Origin: an uncultured Pseudomonadota bacterium
Lineage (GTDB): Bacteria; Myxococcota_A; Polyangia; Polyangiales; Polyangiaceae
Length of the DNA: 64,000 nucleotides
Assembly: GCA_963822115.1 (NCBI GenBank)
Contig: CAWGGM010000009.1
Span: forward strand, 104,451 to 168,450
Direction of reading: 5' to 3'
The notes under the pieces were generated by a model. The model made no database searches. It saw only the letters and a list, made by a program, of their open reading frames with translations, and had not been told where the DNA came from. Each line of letters starts with the position of its first letter. Position 1 is the stretch's first letter. Below, piece by piece: positions 18,730 through 26,754 of the stretch. Both the position numbers and the translations under genes were made by a program.

Positions 18730-20009
18730 GCAGCGACACCGACAACCGCCGCGAGTCGAGCCTGCCTCCGGATCGGAACTCGGACACGCACGAGCTCGAG
18801 GCCGTCCGGTCCGAGCGCAGACCGGTAGCTGTCGCCGATCCGACGGACCGCTGGATCGACGAGTTGCTAGAGCTTTCTCTGGCGTTGCCGATCCACGAAA
18901 CGCCCGCCACTCTGGCACGCACCTGCGTGGAAGTCGGCGCGCGCCTGCTCGGCGACTGCGCCGTTGGTGCCTGCATCATCGATCCCAGGAACGGCGAACA
19001 GGTCGTCGTGCGGCACCTGCCCGATGGCGCCGCCAGCGGACAGCAGTCGAGCCCGTCGCGGCTGTTTCCGGCGTTTTCCACGGAGCTGACGCTGCCCCTG
19101 CGCAGCGATCGTGGCGGCTCGACCTTCCACGTCGCCGGCAACGACCCGGAGCTCTCGTCGGCGTCTTCCGCCAAATCAAGCGTGGCCCGCCGCGTCTCGG
19201 AAGTGCTCGATGCCGCGATCGAGCGGGCGCGGAGCCACCAGAGCAGCCGTGAATCGTCGAACGAGCTCCGGCAGCTCCAGGCGCAGGTGATCCAGGCGGA
19301 GAAGCTCGCATCGCTAGGACAGATCGTGGCTGGTGTGGTCCACGAGTTGAACAACCCGCTGACCTCGATCGTCGCCTATTCCGATTACCTGAAGAAGCGC
19401 GCCGTGGCCCTCGAAGCACCGGAGGACATCGAGTACCTGCGGCGGATCGGCGAAGCCGCCGGACGCATCCTGAAATTCTCGCGAGACCTGGTCGCCTATG
19501 CGCGCCCTTCCGTGGAAGTGCCGGGTCCGGTCGCGCTCGAAGAGGTCATCGACAAGGCACTGGTGTTCTGCGAGCACGAGTTCGCCGAGGGCGGGGTTTT
19601 CGTGCGGCGGCAGCTCGCCGACAAGTTGCCTCCGGTGCGCGGAGTGGCCGGCCAACTGACGCAGGTCTTCGTCAATCTGTTCACCAATGCCGCCCACGCG
19701 ATGCTCGACGGCGGCAACCTGACAGTCCGCTCCCGGATGCTCCGTTCCAATGACACCGTGGTTGTCGAGATCGAGGACGACGGGGTCGGCATGGAGGCCG
19801 AGGTCCTCGAGCAGATTTTCGAGCCGTTCTTCACGACCAAGACGGATGGCCGGGGGACGGGTCTTGGCTTGTCCATCGTGCGGGACATCGTGACGTCGCA
19901 CGGCGGCACCCTGGACGCGAGCAGCACGCCGGGTTCTGGAACGGTCTTCCACATGACGCTGCACGTCCAGCCGGACGGCAGCGAAGAAGGCGACCCGCCT
20001 AGCGATTGA
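18726..20009 (+). CDS. Sensor histidine kinase (unknown N-terminal domain + HisKA + HATPase_c)
   Basis: The GTG start overlaps the upstream stop (GTGA at 18726-18729). H-box VVHELNNPLTSIVAYSDYL, N-box NLFTNAAHAM, G1 EDDGVGM, G2 GTGLGLSIV. Confidence 0.85.
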   Translation: MSSDTDNRRESSLPPDRNSDTHELEAVRSERRPVAVADPTDRWIDELLELSLALPIHETPATLARTCVEVGARLLGDCAVGACIIDPRNGEQVVVRHLPDGAASGQQSSPSRLFPAFSTELTLPLRSDRGGSTFHVAGNDPELSSASSAKSSVARRVSEVLDAAIERARSHQSSRESSNELRQLQAQVIQAEKLASLGQIVAGVVHELNNPLTSIVAYSDYLKKRAVALEAPEDIEYLRRIGEAAGRILKFSRDLVAYARPSVEVPGPVALEEVIDKALVFCEHEFAEGGVFVRRQLADKLPPVRGVAGQLTQVFVNLFTNAAHAMLDGGNLTVRSRMLRSNDTVVVEIEDDGVGMEAEVLEQIFEPFFTTKTDGRGTGLGLSIVRDIVTSHGGTLDASSTPGSGTVFHMTLHVQPDGSEEGDPPSD

Positions 20010-20511
20010 CCATGCGGATGACGAGCACGAGGATCCCGCCCTTGTAGCTCTGCCCGGCCACGATGAAAGCCTGGCCGACCTTCGCCTTCACCTCGAGCAG
20101 CGGCAGGAACGTCTTGCCCTTCGGCTGGTTGATGCTGGCGGAGACACGCAGGTACTCCTTGGGCAGGATGTCGAGCAGCTTGGTGCGGAGCACGCGCCCA
20201 TTCGGAAGCTTGATCGTTCTAGCCTGCCCCTTGTCGAGGGGTAGGCGGACGCGCCTCAACAGCTGGTAGCTATCGTACGACGAGAACGGCGGCTTCTTCA
20301 GCTCCGGCATGTCGCCGATGCGCTTGTCGATGCCCTTCTTCGAATTGGTCGCGTGGAGGACCATGACCTCCGCCGCGTACTTCGCCGCTGCCTTCTTCTT
20401 GGGCTTGTGGCTCTTCTGGGCCTTGGCGTGCCCCTTCCCCTGCGCGCTCGCTGGAGCGGCTGCCACGAACAGCGCGAGTGCGGCAACCAGCGCAACAAGG
20501 AGGCGTCTCAT
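19999..20511 (-). CDS. Secreted hypothetical protein (Lys-rich N-terminal region)
   Basis: Clear signal peptide MRRLLVALVAALALFVAAAPASA. The ATG overlaps the stop of the anti-sigma gene (ATGA at 20508-20511). No family recognised. Confidence 0.65.
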   Translation of the reverse strand: MRRLLVALVAALALFVAAAPASAQGKGHAKAQKSHKPKKKAAAKYAAEVMVLHATNSKKGIDKRIGDMPELKKPPFSSYDSYQLLRRVRLPLDKGQARTIKLPNGRVLRTKLLDILPKEYLRVSASINQPKGKTFLPLLEVKAKVGQAFIVAGQSYKGGILVLVIRMVNR

Positions 20512-21155
20512 AGAGGTTCCGTCTTTCCGCCGTGAGCGGCGGGTTCATCCGTCAGCCAGACGACCGGGGTCGAATCGTGTCCGGCCGACACCATGAAGAT
20601 TGCCCCATCATGGGAGCCGAAATCGACCGTCTCGATCGCAACCGACGGCGAGTCGGCAGCGTGGGCCTTGGCTTCAGGCTTGGGAGCCAAGGCAGCCGGG
20701 CCCTTCACCGCCTGCGTCGGCTGCATGGCCTGGGCAGTAGCACTCGCCGGGCTGTCGACCACCGGATGATGGGCCAATGTCCCGGAGCGCACGAGGAGCA
20801 CTGCCGCCGCCGCGAGTGCGAGCATGCCGGTGGCGACCGGCAGCGCGTGGCGCCAGCGGCGCTGCAGCGGCACCAGGCGGGCGTTTCCAGCCTCGGCAGG
20901 GGGCGGCAGCGCCTGCCCGCCCGGAGCGGCGCTCTCCGCGTCGATGCACGCCATGACCCTCAGCGCGATGTCGTCCGCGCCAGCGCCCCGGGCGTCAGCT
21001 GCCTCTCGAAGCAGGCTGCCCACCTGCTCCATTCCGCGCAGCACCCCTGCTGCCTCGGCATCCCCGGCAATGCGCTGGGAGAGCTCCTCGGCTTCCTCCA
21101 CGCCGAGCTCGTCGTCGTGCAGCAGCATCAAGCGGTCGTGGCGGGGCGAGGTCAT
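20508..21155 (-). CDS. Putative anti-sigma factor (single-pass membrane protein)
   Basis: Lies immediately downstream of, and is ATGA-coupled to, the ECF sigma gene. It has a short cytoplasmic N-terminal helix region, one TM segment (LPVATGMLALAAAAVLLV) and a periplasmic C-terminal part. The call rests on context, not on a recognised motif. Confidence 0.6.
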   Translation of the reverse strand: MTSPRHDRLMLLHDDELGVEEAEELSQRIAGDAEAAGVLRGMEQVGSLLREAADARGAGADDIALRVMACIDAESAAPGGQALPPPAEAGNARLVPLQRRWRHALPVATGMLALAAAAVLLVRSGTLAHHPVVDSPASATAQAMQPTQAVKGPAALAPKPEAKAHAADSPSVAIETVDFGSHDGAIFMVSAGHDSTPVVWLTDEPAAHGGKTEPL

Positions 21156-21970
21156 TCGCCACCTCGCTTCCGCTTCGATTTCAGCGGGACCGGCCCGAGC
21201 TGCTCTTCGTAGCAGTCGGCGAGCGCTCGCTGGAGCTTCTGCCTGGCGTGGAACAGCCGGCTCATGATCGTGCCCTTGGAAACGCCCATGGCGGTGGCCA
21301 TTTCCTCGTAGCTCATGCCCTCGATCTCGCGCATCAGGATGACCCCTCGGTGGTAGGGCGGCAGGGCATCGAGCGATGCCTGGATGCGCTCCGCAATCTG
21401 GCGGCGGCGGACCACGTCCACAGGGTCGGCCCCGTCGATACGCGCGAGCATCGGCATGTCCGTCTCGTCGAGCTCGCGAGTCTCGTCGAGCGCGGACTCG
21501 CGACGGGCCGGCTTGCGCATGAGATCGATGGATAGATTCGTGACGATGCGATAGAGCCAGGTGAAGAAGCTCGAGCCGCCGTGGAATGAATCCAGCCCCC
21601 GGTAGACGCGGAGAAAGGCTTCCTGGACGATGTCACGGGCGTCGTTCTCGTCGCGGACCAGTCCGAGGGCGATCGCAAACGCGCGTCGCTGGTGGCGTTC
21701 CACCAGCTCCCGGAATGCCTTCCGGTCGCCATTTCGAGCTCGTTCGATGAGGGCACGATCCTGCTCCGCCTCGGCTTTGCGGGCCTTCCGGTTGGACGCC
21801 CGGGTAGCGCTGCTATTCACCCCCCTGACAGTCCGATCAGACCCGTTTTTGCCGGATTCTCCGGCCGTTCGGCCGCTGCGCGGCTCGACCGCCCCGTGCT
21901 GGACGAGCCGGGGCGACGACTCCCGGTCGCTCGCAGCGGCGGGCTCGCAGCGGGACTCGGGCGATGGCAT
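21152..21970 (-). CDS. ECF-type RNA polymerase sigma factor (sigma-70 family, group 4) with an N-terminal extension
   Basis: Region 2 (DIVQEAFLRVYRGLDSFHGGSSFFTWLYRIVTNLSIDLMR) and region 4 HTH (REIEGMSYEEMATAMGVSKGTIMSRLFHARQKL). The ATG at 21970 is preceded by AGGGGG, but the true start could be further downstream. Confidence 0.85.
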   Translation of the reverse strand: MPSPESRCEPAAASDRESSPRLVQHGAVEPRSGRTAGESGKNGSDRTVRGVNSSATRASNRKARKAEAEQDRALIERARNGDRKAFRELVERHQRRAFAIALGLVRDENDARDIVQEAFLRVYRGLDSFHGGSSFFTWLYRIVTNLSIDLMRKPARRESALDETRELDETDMPMLARIDGADPVDVVRRRQIAERIQASLDALPPYHRGVILMREIEGMSYEEMATAMGVSKGTIMSRLFHARQKLQRALADCYEEQLGPVPLKSKRKRGGE

Positions 21971-22035
21971 CACCCCCTACTCTACGCGATATTCCCCGCT
22001 CCGATCCCCAGCGAGAATGCCGCTGAGACCTCAAG

Positions 22036-23178
22036 TTATGGAAATCCGAAAGGATTATCGTCGTGCTCGGCGGGGGCGGGGTGAGCTGGAAGCTCCCCCA
22101 ACACGAGCTTCAGGCTCAGCGTGCGCTTGCCGCGGATGACCCGCACCGTGGCTGGCTTGCCGACCCCGGCCAGGCTCGCGACCCAGCGCAGCTTCTCGGG
22201 CCCGGGCATCGCTTCATGGTCGAAGCCGACAATCACGTCGTCGACCTTCAGGCCCGCCTTGTCGGCCGGACCGCCTGGCTTCACGTAGCGCACGAGCGCG
22301 CCGGACTGGGCCTTGAGCCCAAGCCGCTTCACATCCTCGGGGAGCACGGACGACACGCGGATGCCGATGGCGCTGCGGCGGATCTTGCCATCCTTGATCA
22401 GCCGCGGAACGAGCTCCTTGACCATGTTGATCGGGATGGCGAACCCGATGTTGTTCGCGCGCGCCCGGATGGCGGTGTTGATGCCGATGACGCGACCGGA
22501 CATGTCCAGCAAGGGACCTCCGGAGTTGCCCGGGTTGATGCTCGCGTCGGTCTGCAGGAAGTTGTAGTAGCCGGTCCCGTCGCCGAGCCCCCTAACGTCC
22601 TGCCCGGTGCGCCCCTTCGCCGACACGATCCCAGCCGAGACGGTGTGCGAAAGCCCGAACGGGTTGCCGATGGCCAGAACCCAATCGCCCACGCGCGTCT
22701 TGTCGGAGTCGCCCAGGGGCAGATACGAGAGATTCTTCGCGTCGACGCGCAGCACGGCCACATCCGACGGAGGATCGGCGCCGACGACCGTCGCCTTCAT
22801 CTCCTTCACCTTGCCGAAGACCACGTGGATCTCGCTGGCATCCTGTATGACGTGGTTGTTGGTGAGGATGAGACCCGACTTGTCGTAGACGAACGCGCTG
22901 CCGAGCCCCTCGCCAACGATGCGGCGGCGCCCCGTTCGCCCCGTCTGCTCCTGCAGCGTCTTGACGAACACGACAGCCGAATCCGCTTTCGCAGCGAGGT
23001 TCGCGAAGCTCGCCGGTGCGTTGACGCCAGGGGCGACGCCCACAGCGGTGGCAGGCGGAGGCGCCGGGGCGGACGCGCCCGCCGCGGCGCCGCTCGGAAG
23101 CGGAGTCGCGCCACCGCCACTGTGCCTGCAGCCAAGCGGCACGAATGCCAGGAGCGCCAGCGCGAAAGCGGCCTTCAC
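22036..23178 (-). CDS. HtrA/DegP-family serine protease (trypsin-like domain + PDZ), lipoprotein-type signal
   Basis: GTG start coupled to the upstream stop (GTGA). Signal/lipobox FVPLGC. Catalytic blocks LTNNHVI (His), DVAVL (Asp) and GNSGGPLL (Ser). C-terminal PDZ (GALVRYVKPGGPADKAGLKVDDVIV). Confidence 0.9.
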   Translation of the reverse strand: MKAAFALALLAFVPLGCRHSGGGATPLPSGAAAGASAPAPPPATAVGVAPGVNAPASFANLAAKADSAVVFVKTLQEQTGRTGRRRIVGEGLGSAFVYDKSGLILTNNHVIQDASEIHVVFGKVKEMKATVVGADPPSDVAVLRVDAKNLSYLPLGDSDKTRVGDWVLAIGNPFGLSHTVSAGIVSAKGRTGQDVRGLGDGTGYYNFLQTDASINPGNSGGPLLDMSGRVIGINTAIRARANNIGFAIPINMVKELVPRLIKDGKIRRSAIGIRVSSVLPEDVKRLGLKAQSGALVRYVKPGGPADKAGLKVDDVIVGFDHEAMPGPEKLRWVASLAGVGKPATVRVIRGKRTLSLKLVLGELPAHPAPAEHDDNPFGFP

Positions 23179-23531
23179 TTGGCTTTCGAGACCTCCACGA
23201 ACCGCATTCTGAGATCGTATAGCGCCTGGTCCAGGATGTGCTCCTCCTGGCCCGACAGATTGCCCCGTGTCTTTTCCTGAAGCAGGGCCAACAGGTCGAT
23301 GGTCTGGCGGGCGAGTGGCAGGCTCTCTTCGCCCGACCCACCCGCCGGATCCGGCGCGTCTCCCAGGTGAACCAACGCCGAATGGCTTAGCGACAGCACG
23401 AAGGTGGCGAAATCGATGGCCGGCAGATTATGCTCGCCGGCCCGCTCTGCATCCGCCTTGGCCTTCTGGAACGCCGCGTCGCTCGCCTCGAGGTCCGCAG
23501 AGTCCGGTCCGCTGCCGCCGTTGCCGGTCAT
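23175..23531 (-). CDS. DUF1844-like small protein
   Basis: IDFATFVLSLSHSALVHLGDAPDP ... LARQTIDLLALLQEKTRGNLSGQEEHILDQALYDLRMRF matches my memory of the DUF1844 consensus. The ATG at 23531 overlaps the upstream stop (ATGA); an alternative GTG lies at 23540. Confidence 0.7.
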   Translation of the reverse strand: MTGNGGSGPDSADLEASDAAFQKAKADAERAGEHNLPAIDFATFVLSLSHSALVHLGDAPDPAGGSGEESLPLARQTIDLLALLQEKTRGNLSGQEEHILDQALYDLRMRFVEVSKAK

Positions 23532-24040
23532 GACCCCCACCCGTCGTCGTCGGCCGATGGCTCTTCCTTGGCGCCCTCTGCCGAAGGTGCCGCCGCGGCC
23601 GGCGCCGGCTCGGGCGGGGCGGGCGGCGCTTCGGCTGCGGGCGCCGCTTCAGCCGCAGGCGCAGCTTCGGCTGCAGGCGCGGGCTCGGGCGGAGCCGCGG
23701 GCTCGGGCGGAGCCGCGGGCTCGGGCGGAGCCGCGACGGGCTCGGGCGATGCAGCCACGGGCTCCTCTGCCTGGGCGATCGGCTCGGGTGCCGGCTCTGG
23801 CGGCGGCGCGGGCGCCGCCGGCATTGCCGCAGGTTGCGCAGGCGGCGCCGCTGCGCGTTCGGCGGCGGGCGGCTCGGCATGACCGAGGGCCGGCTGCTGC
23901 AGGACCATGATCTCGCTCTCGCTCTCCTGGTCCTGCAATGCCTCCAGGTGCTTGGCAAGCGCCGCCTCGTCGAGACTGCCTTGGTGCAGCATCCGCTCGC
24001 GAACCCTCACATCGTACTTGAACTCTTCCGGATCACTCAT
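23528..24040 (-). CDS. Hypothetical protein with a Pro/Ala/Glu-rich repetitive C-terminal half
   Basis: N-terminal MSDPEEFKYDVRVRERMLHQGSLDEAALAKHLEAL, then (EPAAPP)/(AAEAAP) repeats. It is coupled on both sides by overlapping start and stop codons. Confidence 0.6.
   Translation of the reverse strand: MSDPEEFKYDVRVRERMLHQGSLDEAALAKHLEALQDQESESEIMVLQQPALGHAEPPAAERAAAPPAQPAAMPAAPAPPPEPAPEPIAQAEEPVAASPEPVAAPPEPAAPPEPAAPPEPAPAAEAAPAAEAAPAAEAPPAPPEPAPAAAAPSAEGAKEEPSADDDGWGS
23681..23752. repeat. 18-bp tandem repeat (gggctcgggcggagccgc, three perfect copies plus one degenerate) inside the Pro/Ala-rich ORF
   Basis: Read directly: copies at 23681, 23699 and 23717, then a diverged copy. It encodes the repeated PEPAAP units on the minus strand. 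Confidence 0.85.
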
Positions 24041-24654
24041 GTTGTCTCTCCGCAGCGACTTGGCCCGATTGCGACGAATCCGACTCGGGCGGCTCGCTCT
24101 CGTAGCGCCTGGACGGCCCCTGAAGCAAGCGTCGAGGTGGCACCAGCCCAGGCTCGACCGCTGGTTGGTCGCCGGCCTGCCGTCGTTCCAGCCGCGCGAC
24201 TGCCTCTTCCATCTCCTGTGCCGTGGCCGGGCGCACAGCCCGGATCGACGAGATCGATGCGTACTTTCTGCCCTGCGAGCGGGTGGTTCGTGTCCAGCAC
24301 GACCGCGTCGTCAAGCACTTCCAGGACCTGCAGGAGCACCATCCCTCCGCGAGCGCTCTCCGCCTCGAAACAGTCCCCTGGCGCCACGTCGGGCGGAAAG
24401 TCCTCCCGGTCCACCTCGATGATGGCCTGGGGATCGCGCTGGCCGTAGGCCTGCTCGGGGGGCAGCTCGAGAGTGCGCTGCTCCCCCTCGACAAGCCCAG
24501 CGATGACACGTTCGACCGCCGGCAGCAGGTCGCCACAGCCGAAGACGGCGTCCAGGGTAGAACTTTCGACCAGCTCGCCGTCGGCGTCGAACACACTATA
24601 TCCGACGCTCACCAGCGTCTCCGGTCCAACCTGGAACGGCCGAGTCTCCGGCAT
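24033..24654 (-). pseudogene. FKBP-type peptidyl-prolyl isomerase (SlyD-like), interrupted by an apparent 1-nt frameshift near 24250
   Basis: The ATG at 24654 gives MPETRPFQVGPETLVSVGYSVFDADGELVESS ... VLDTNHPLAGQKVRIDLV (FKBP/IF-domain pattern). The expected continuation IRAVRPATAQEMEEA (compare E. coli SlyD VVAIREATEEEL, from memory) lies in a different reading frame from the N-terminal part. That second frame ends at 24033 and overlaps the next ATG. Confidence 0.7.
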
Positions 24655-24662
24655 GGCGCAAC

Positions 24663-26636
24663 CTAGATCGCGTCGGGACCGACGATGTGACCGCTGATGG
24701 CGCTGGCTGCCACGACGAGGGGGCTCGCCAGATACACCTTTCCGGGGCCGCTGCGCCCGGGGAAGTTGCGATTGATCGCACTCACCGTCACCTCGTCGGT
24801 CGAAAACGAGACGCCTGGCCCCGCACGGATGCAGGCCCCGCAGGACGGGTCCACCAGCTGCGCACCGGCGCGTTCGAATACGTCGATGTAGCCGCGCTCC
24901 TCGGCGTACTCGCGGATCTGCTGTGACCCGAACTGGATGAACAGCTGCACGCCGTCGGCAACACGCTTGTTCTGTTCCAGCGCGCGCTTCAGGACGGCAG
25001 CGTACATGTCCATGTCGGCCTTCTTGCCGCCGGTGCACGATCCGCCGTAGGCGATGTTGATCTTCACTTCCCCGCCCTGGCGCTGTTCCAGCTCGGACAG
25101 CGGCACGCCGTTGCGCGGATCCCCCGGCGTGGCGACCATCGCCGGAATGGTCGACAAGTCGACGTGGTACGTGGCGGCGTACTCTGCGCCCTCGTCAGCG
25201 CGCACGATACGCTTCCTCACGTCGTCCGCGTCCAGGCCCCGGTTCTGCACCAGGTAGTCGACGACCACGTCGTCCGCCTCGATGATTCCGGTGAAGCTGC
25301 CGGCCTCGACCGCCATGTTGGTCAGCGTGGCGCGCTCGTCCAGCGGCAGCGTGCGGATGCCCTCGCCGGCAAACTCCAGCACCTGACCGATGCCGCGCCC
25401 ACTCTTGAAATGGTCGAGGCTCAGGATGTGCAGCATCACGTCCTTGGCGCACACGCCCGGACGCAGCTCGCCGCTCAGGACGAAGCGCACGGTCTCGGGC
25501 ACCTTCACGCGAACGTCGCGCGTAAACCAGGCGTTCGCCATGTCGGTGCTGCCGACCCCGAACGCGAAACAGCCGAGCGCACCGGCCATGCAGCTATGCG
25601 AGTCCGTCCCGGTGACGATCTGCCCCGGCAGCGCCAGCTCCTCGATCACCTTGTTGTGACAGATGGCCTCGCTGCCCACGGTGCGACCGCCGCGCTCCAC
25701 CTCGCCGTACAGCTTGATGCCGTGGCGCTTGGTGAAGGTCTCCTGCACGGTCTTCAGCGAAGCCGCCTGCTCGCGCAGGCCCATCTTCTTGTGCTGCTCC
25801 GGCATCACCAGATCGAGGAACGTCAGGTGGTCCCGGAACGCGAAAACGCTCTCCGGCTGCGTCACCACCGCGTCTTCACCGAAGCCCTGGCGGAACAGCG
25901 AGTCCGCCATCGGTGTCACGTACTCGTGGCTGAAGCGAACGTCGGTACGTACGAACAGCGCGTCGCCCGGCTTCACGCCGGGCACGCCGAGCCGACCGGT
26001 CTTCGCGTCGGCGATGGCGCGCGCCGCGATGATCTTCTCGCACAGGGTCATCGGACGCGCCGGCGTGGACGGAGTGGGCGGCGCTATCTCGCCCGCCATG
26101 CGCTTCTTGTTGTAGTCGAACAGCCCGCCGCACTCGACGATCTGCGCGCTGATCGGATCCAACCCCTTGGTGAACTCGCTGACCGGGATTTCCTCGCCGC
26201 GCTTGATGCGATCGATCAGCGAGAAATCGGTCGATGTCAGAAGACCGATGTTCTGGCAATTCTGCCCGTAGATCTTCTCGATGCTCTGGGCGATGACGAG
26301 CTTGACGCCCGCCTTGAGCTCCGAATACGGCGCGGTCTCGCGCGAGCTGCCGCAGCCCTTGCTGCGACCACTGACGATGACGCCGAAGCCGCCGTTCTTG
26401 ATGGCGTCCTTCTGCACGACACCGCCACGCAGGCCGACCAGCGAATAGCGCGCCAGCGTCTCGTCGAAGTAGTAGCAAACCCACCCTGGCGTTATCTCGT
26501 CGGTCGAGATGTTGTCGACGAGCTTCTCGCTCGGGTCGTAGACCAGGTCCTCCCCCTCGAGCTGCCGCTTCAGCAGCTCCATGTTTTCAGTCAGATAGAG
26601 GATCCGTCCCTGGATCCGGACAGGCTCGTCGCTCAT
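24663..26636 (-). CDS. Aconitase-superfamily hydro-lyase with permuted domain order (LeuD-like swivel domain N-terminal, LeuC-like catalytic domains C-terminal)
   Basis: ATG at 26636 (MSDEPVRIQGRILY). The N-terminal part carries the LeuD-type block GRSKGCGSSRETAP. The C-terminal part carries TGTDSHSCMAG, YGGSCTGGK, DPSCGACIRAGPG and NRNFPGRSG, so all three Fe-S cluster cysteines appear to be present. Confidence 0.85.
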   Translation of the reverse strand: MSDEPVRIQGRILYLTENMELLKRQLEGEDLVYDPSEKLVDNISTDEITPGWVCYYFDETLARYSLVGLRGGVVQKDAIKNGGFGVIVSGRSKGCGSSRETAPYSELKAGVKLVIAQSIEKIYGQNCQNIGLLTSTDFSLIDRIKRGEEIPVSEFTKGLDPISAQIVECGGLFDYNKKRMAGEIAPPTPSTPARPMTLCEKIIAARAIADAKTGRLGVPGVKPGDALFVRTDVRFSHEYVTPMADSLFRQGFGEDAVVTQPESVFAFRDHLTFLDLVMPEQHKKMGLREQAASLKTVQETFTKRHGIKLYGEVERGGRTVGSEAICHNKVIEELALPGQIVTGTDSHSCMAGALGCFAFGVGSTDMANAWFTRDVRVKVPETVRFVLSGELRPGVCAKDVMLHILSLDHFKSGRGIGQVLEFAGEGIRTLPLDERATLTNMAVEAGSFTGIIEADDVVVDYLVQNRGLDADDVRKRIVRADEGAEYAATYHVDLSTIPAMVATPGDPRNGVPLSELEQRQGGEVKINIAYGGSCTGGKKADMDMYAAVLKRALEQNKRVADGVQLFIQFGSQQIREYAEERGYIDVFERAGAQLVDPSCGACIRAGPGVSFSTDEVTVSAINRNFPGRSGPGKVYLASPLVVAASAISGHIVGPDAI

Positions 26637-26754
26637 GCAGGGTCTCCCGGAGGCTGGGGCGCACAACCTAGCTAGCGCCTCACGGCCGGACAAGGCATCT
26701 CATGCGACTCGTCAGGCCGGGCCGGAACCGGCGCAACGCGTCATGCTGGCAATC

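Noticed and set aside
24037-25038. 333-aa ORF as the true product of the FKBP locus
   Set aside because: Its first 128 codons overlap the end of the aconitase-like gene out of frame. Its last ~70 codons are Gly/Arg-rich, whereas the alternative frame carries the conserved FKBP C-terminal strand. The ATG at 24654 plus a frame correction is the better model.
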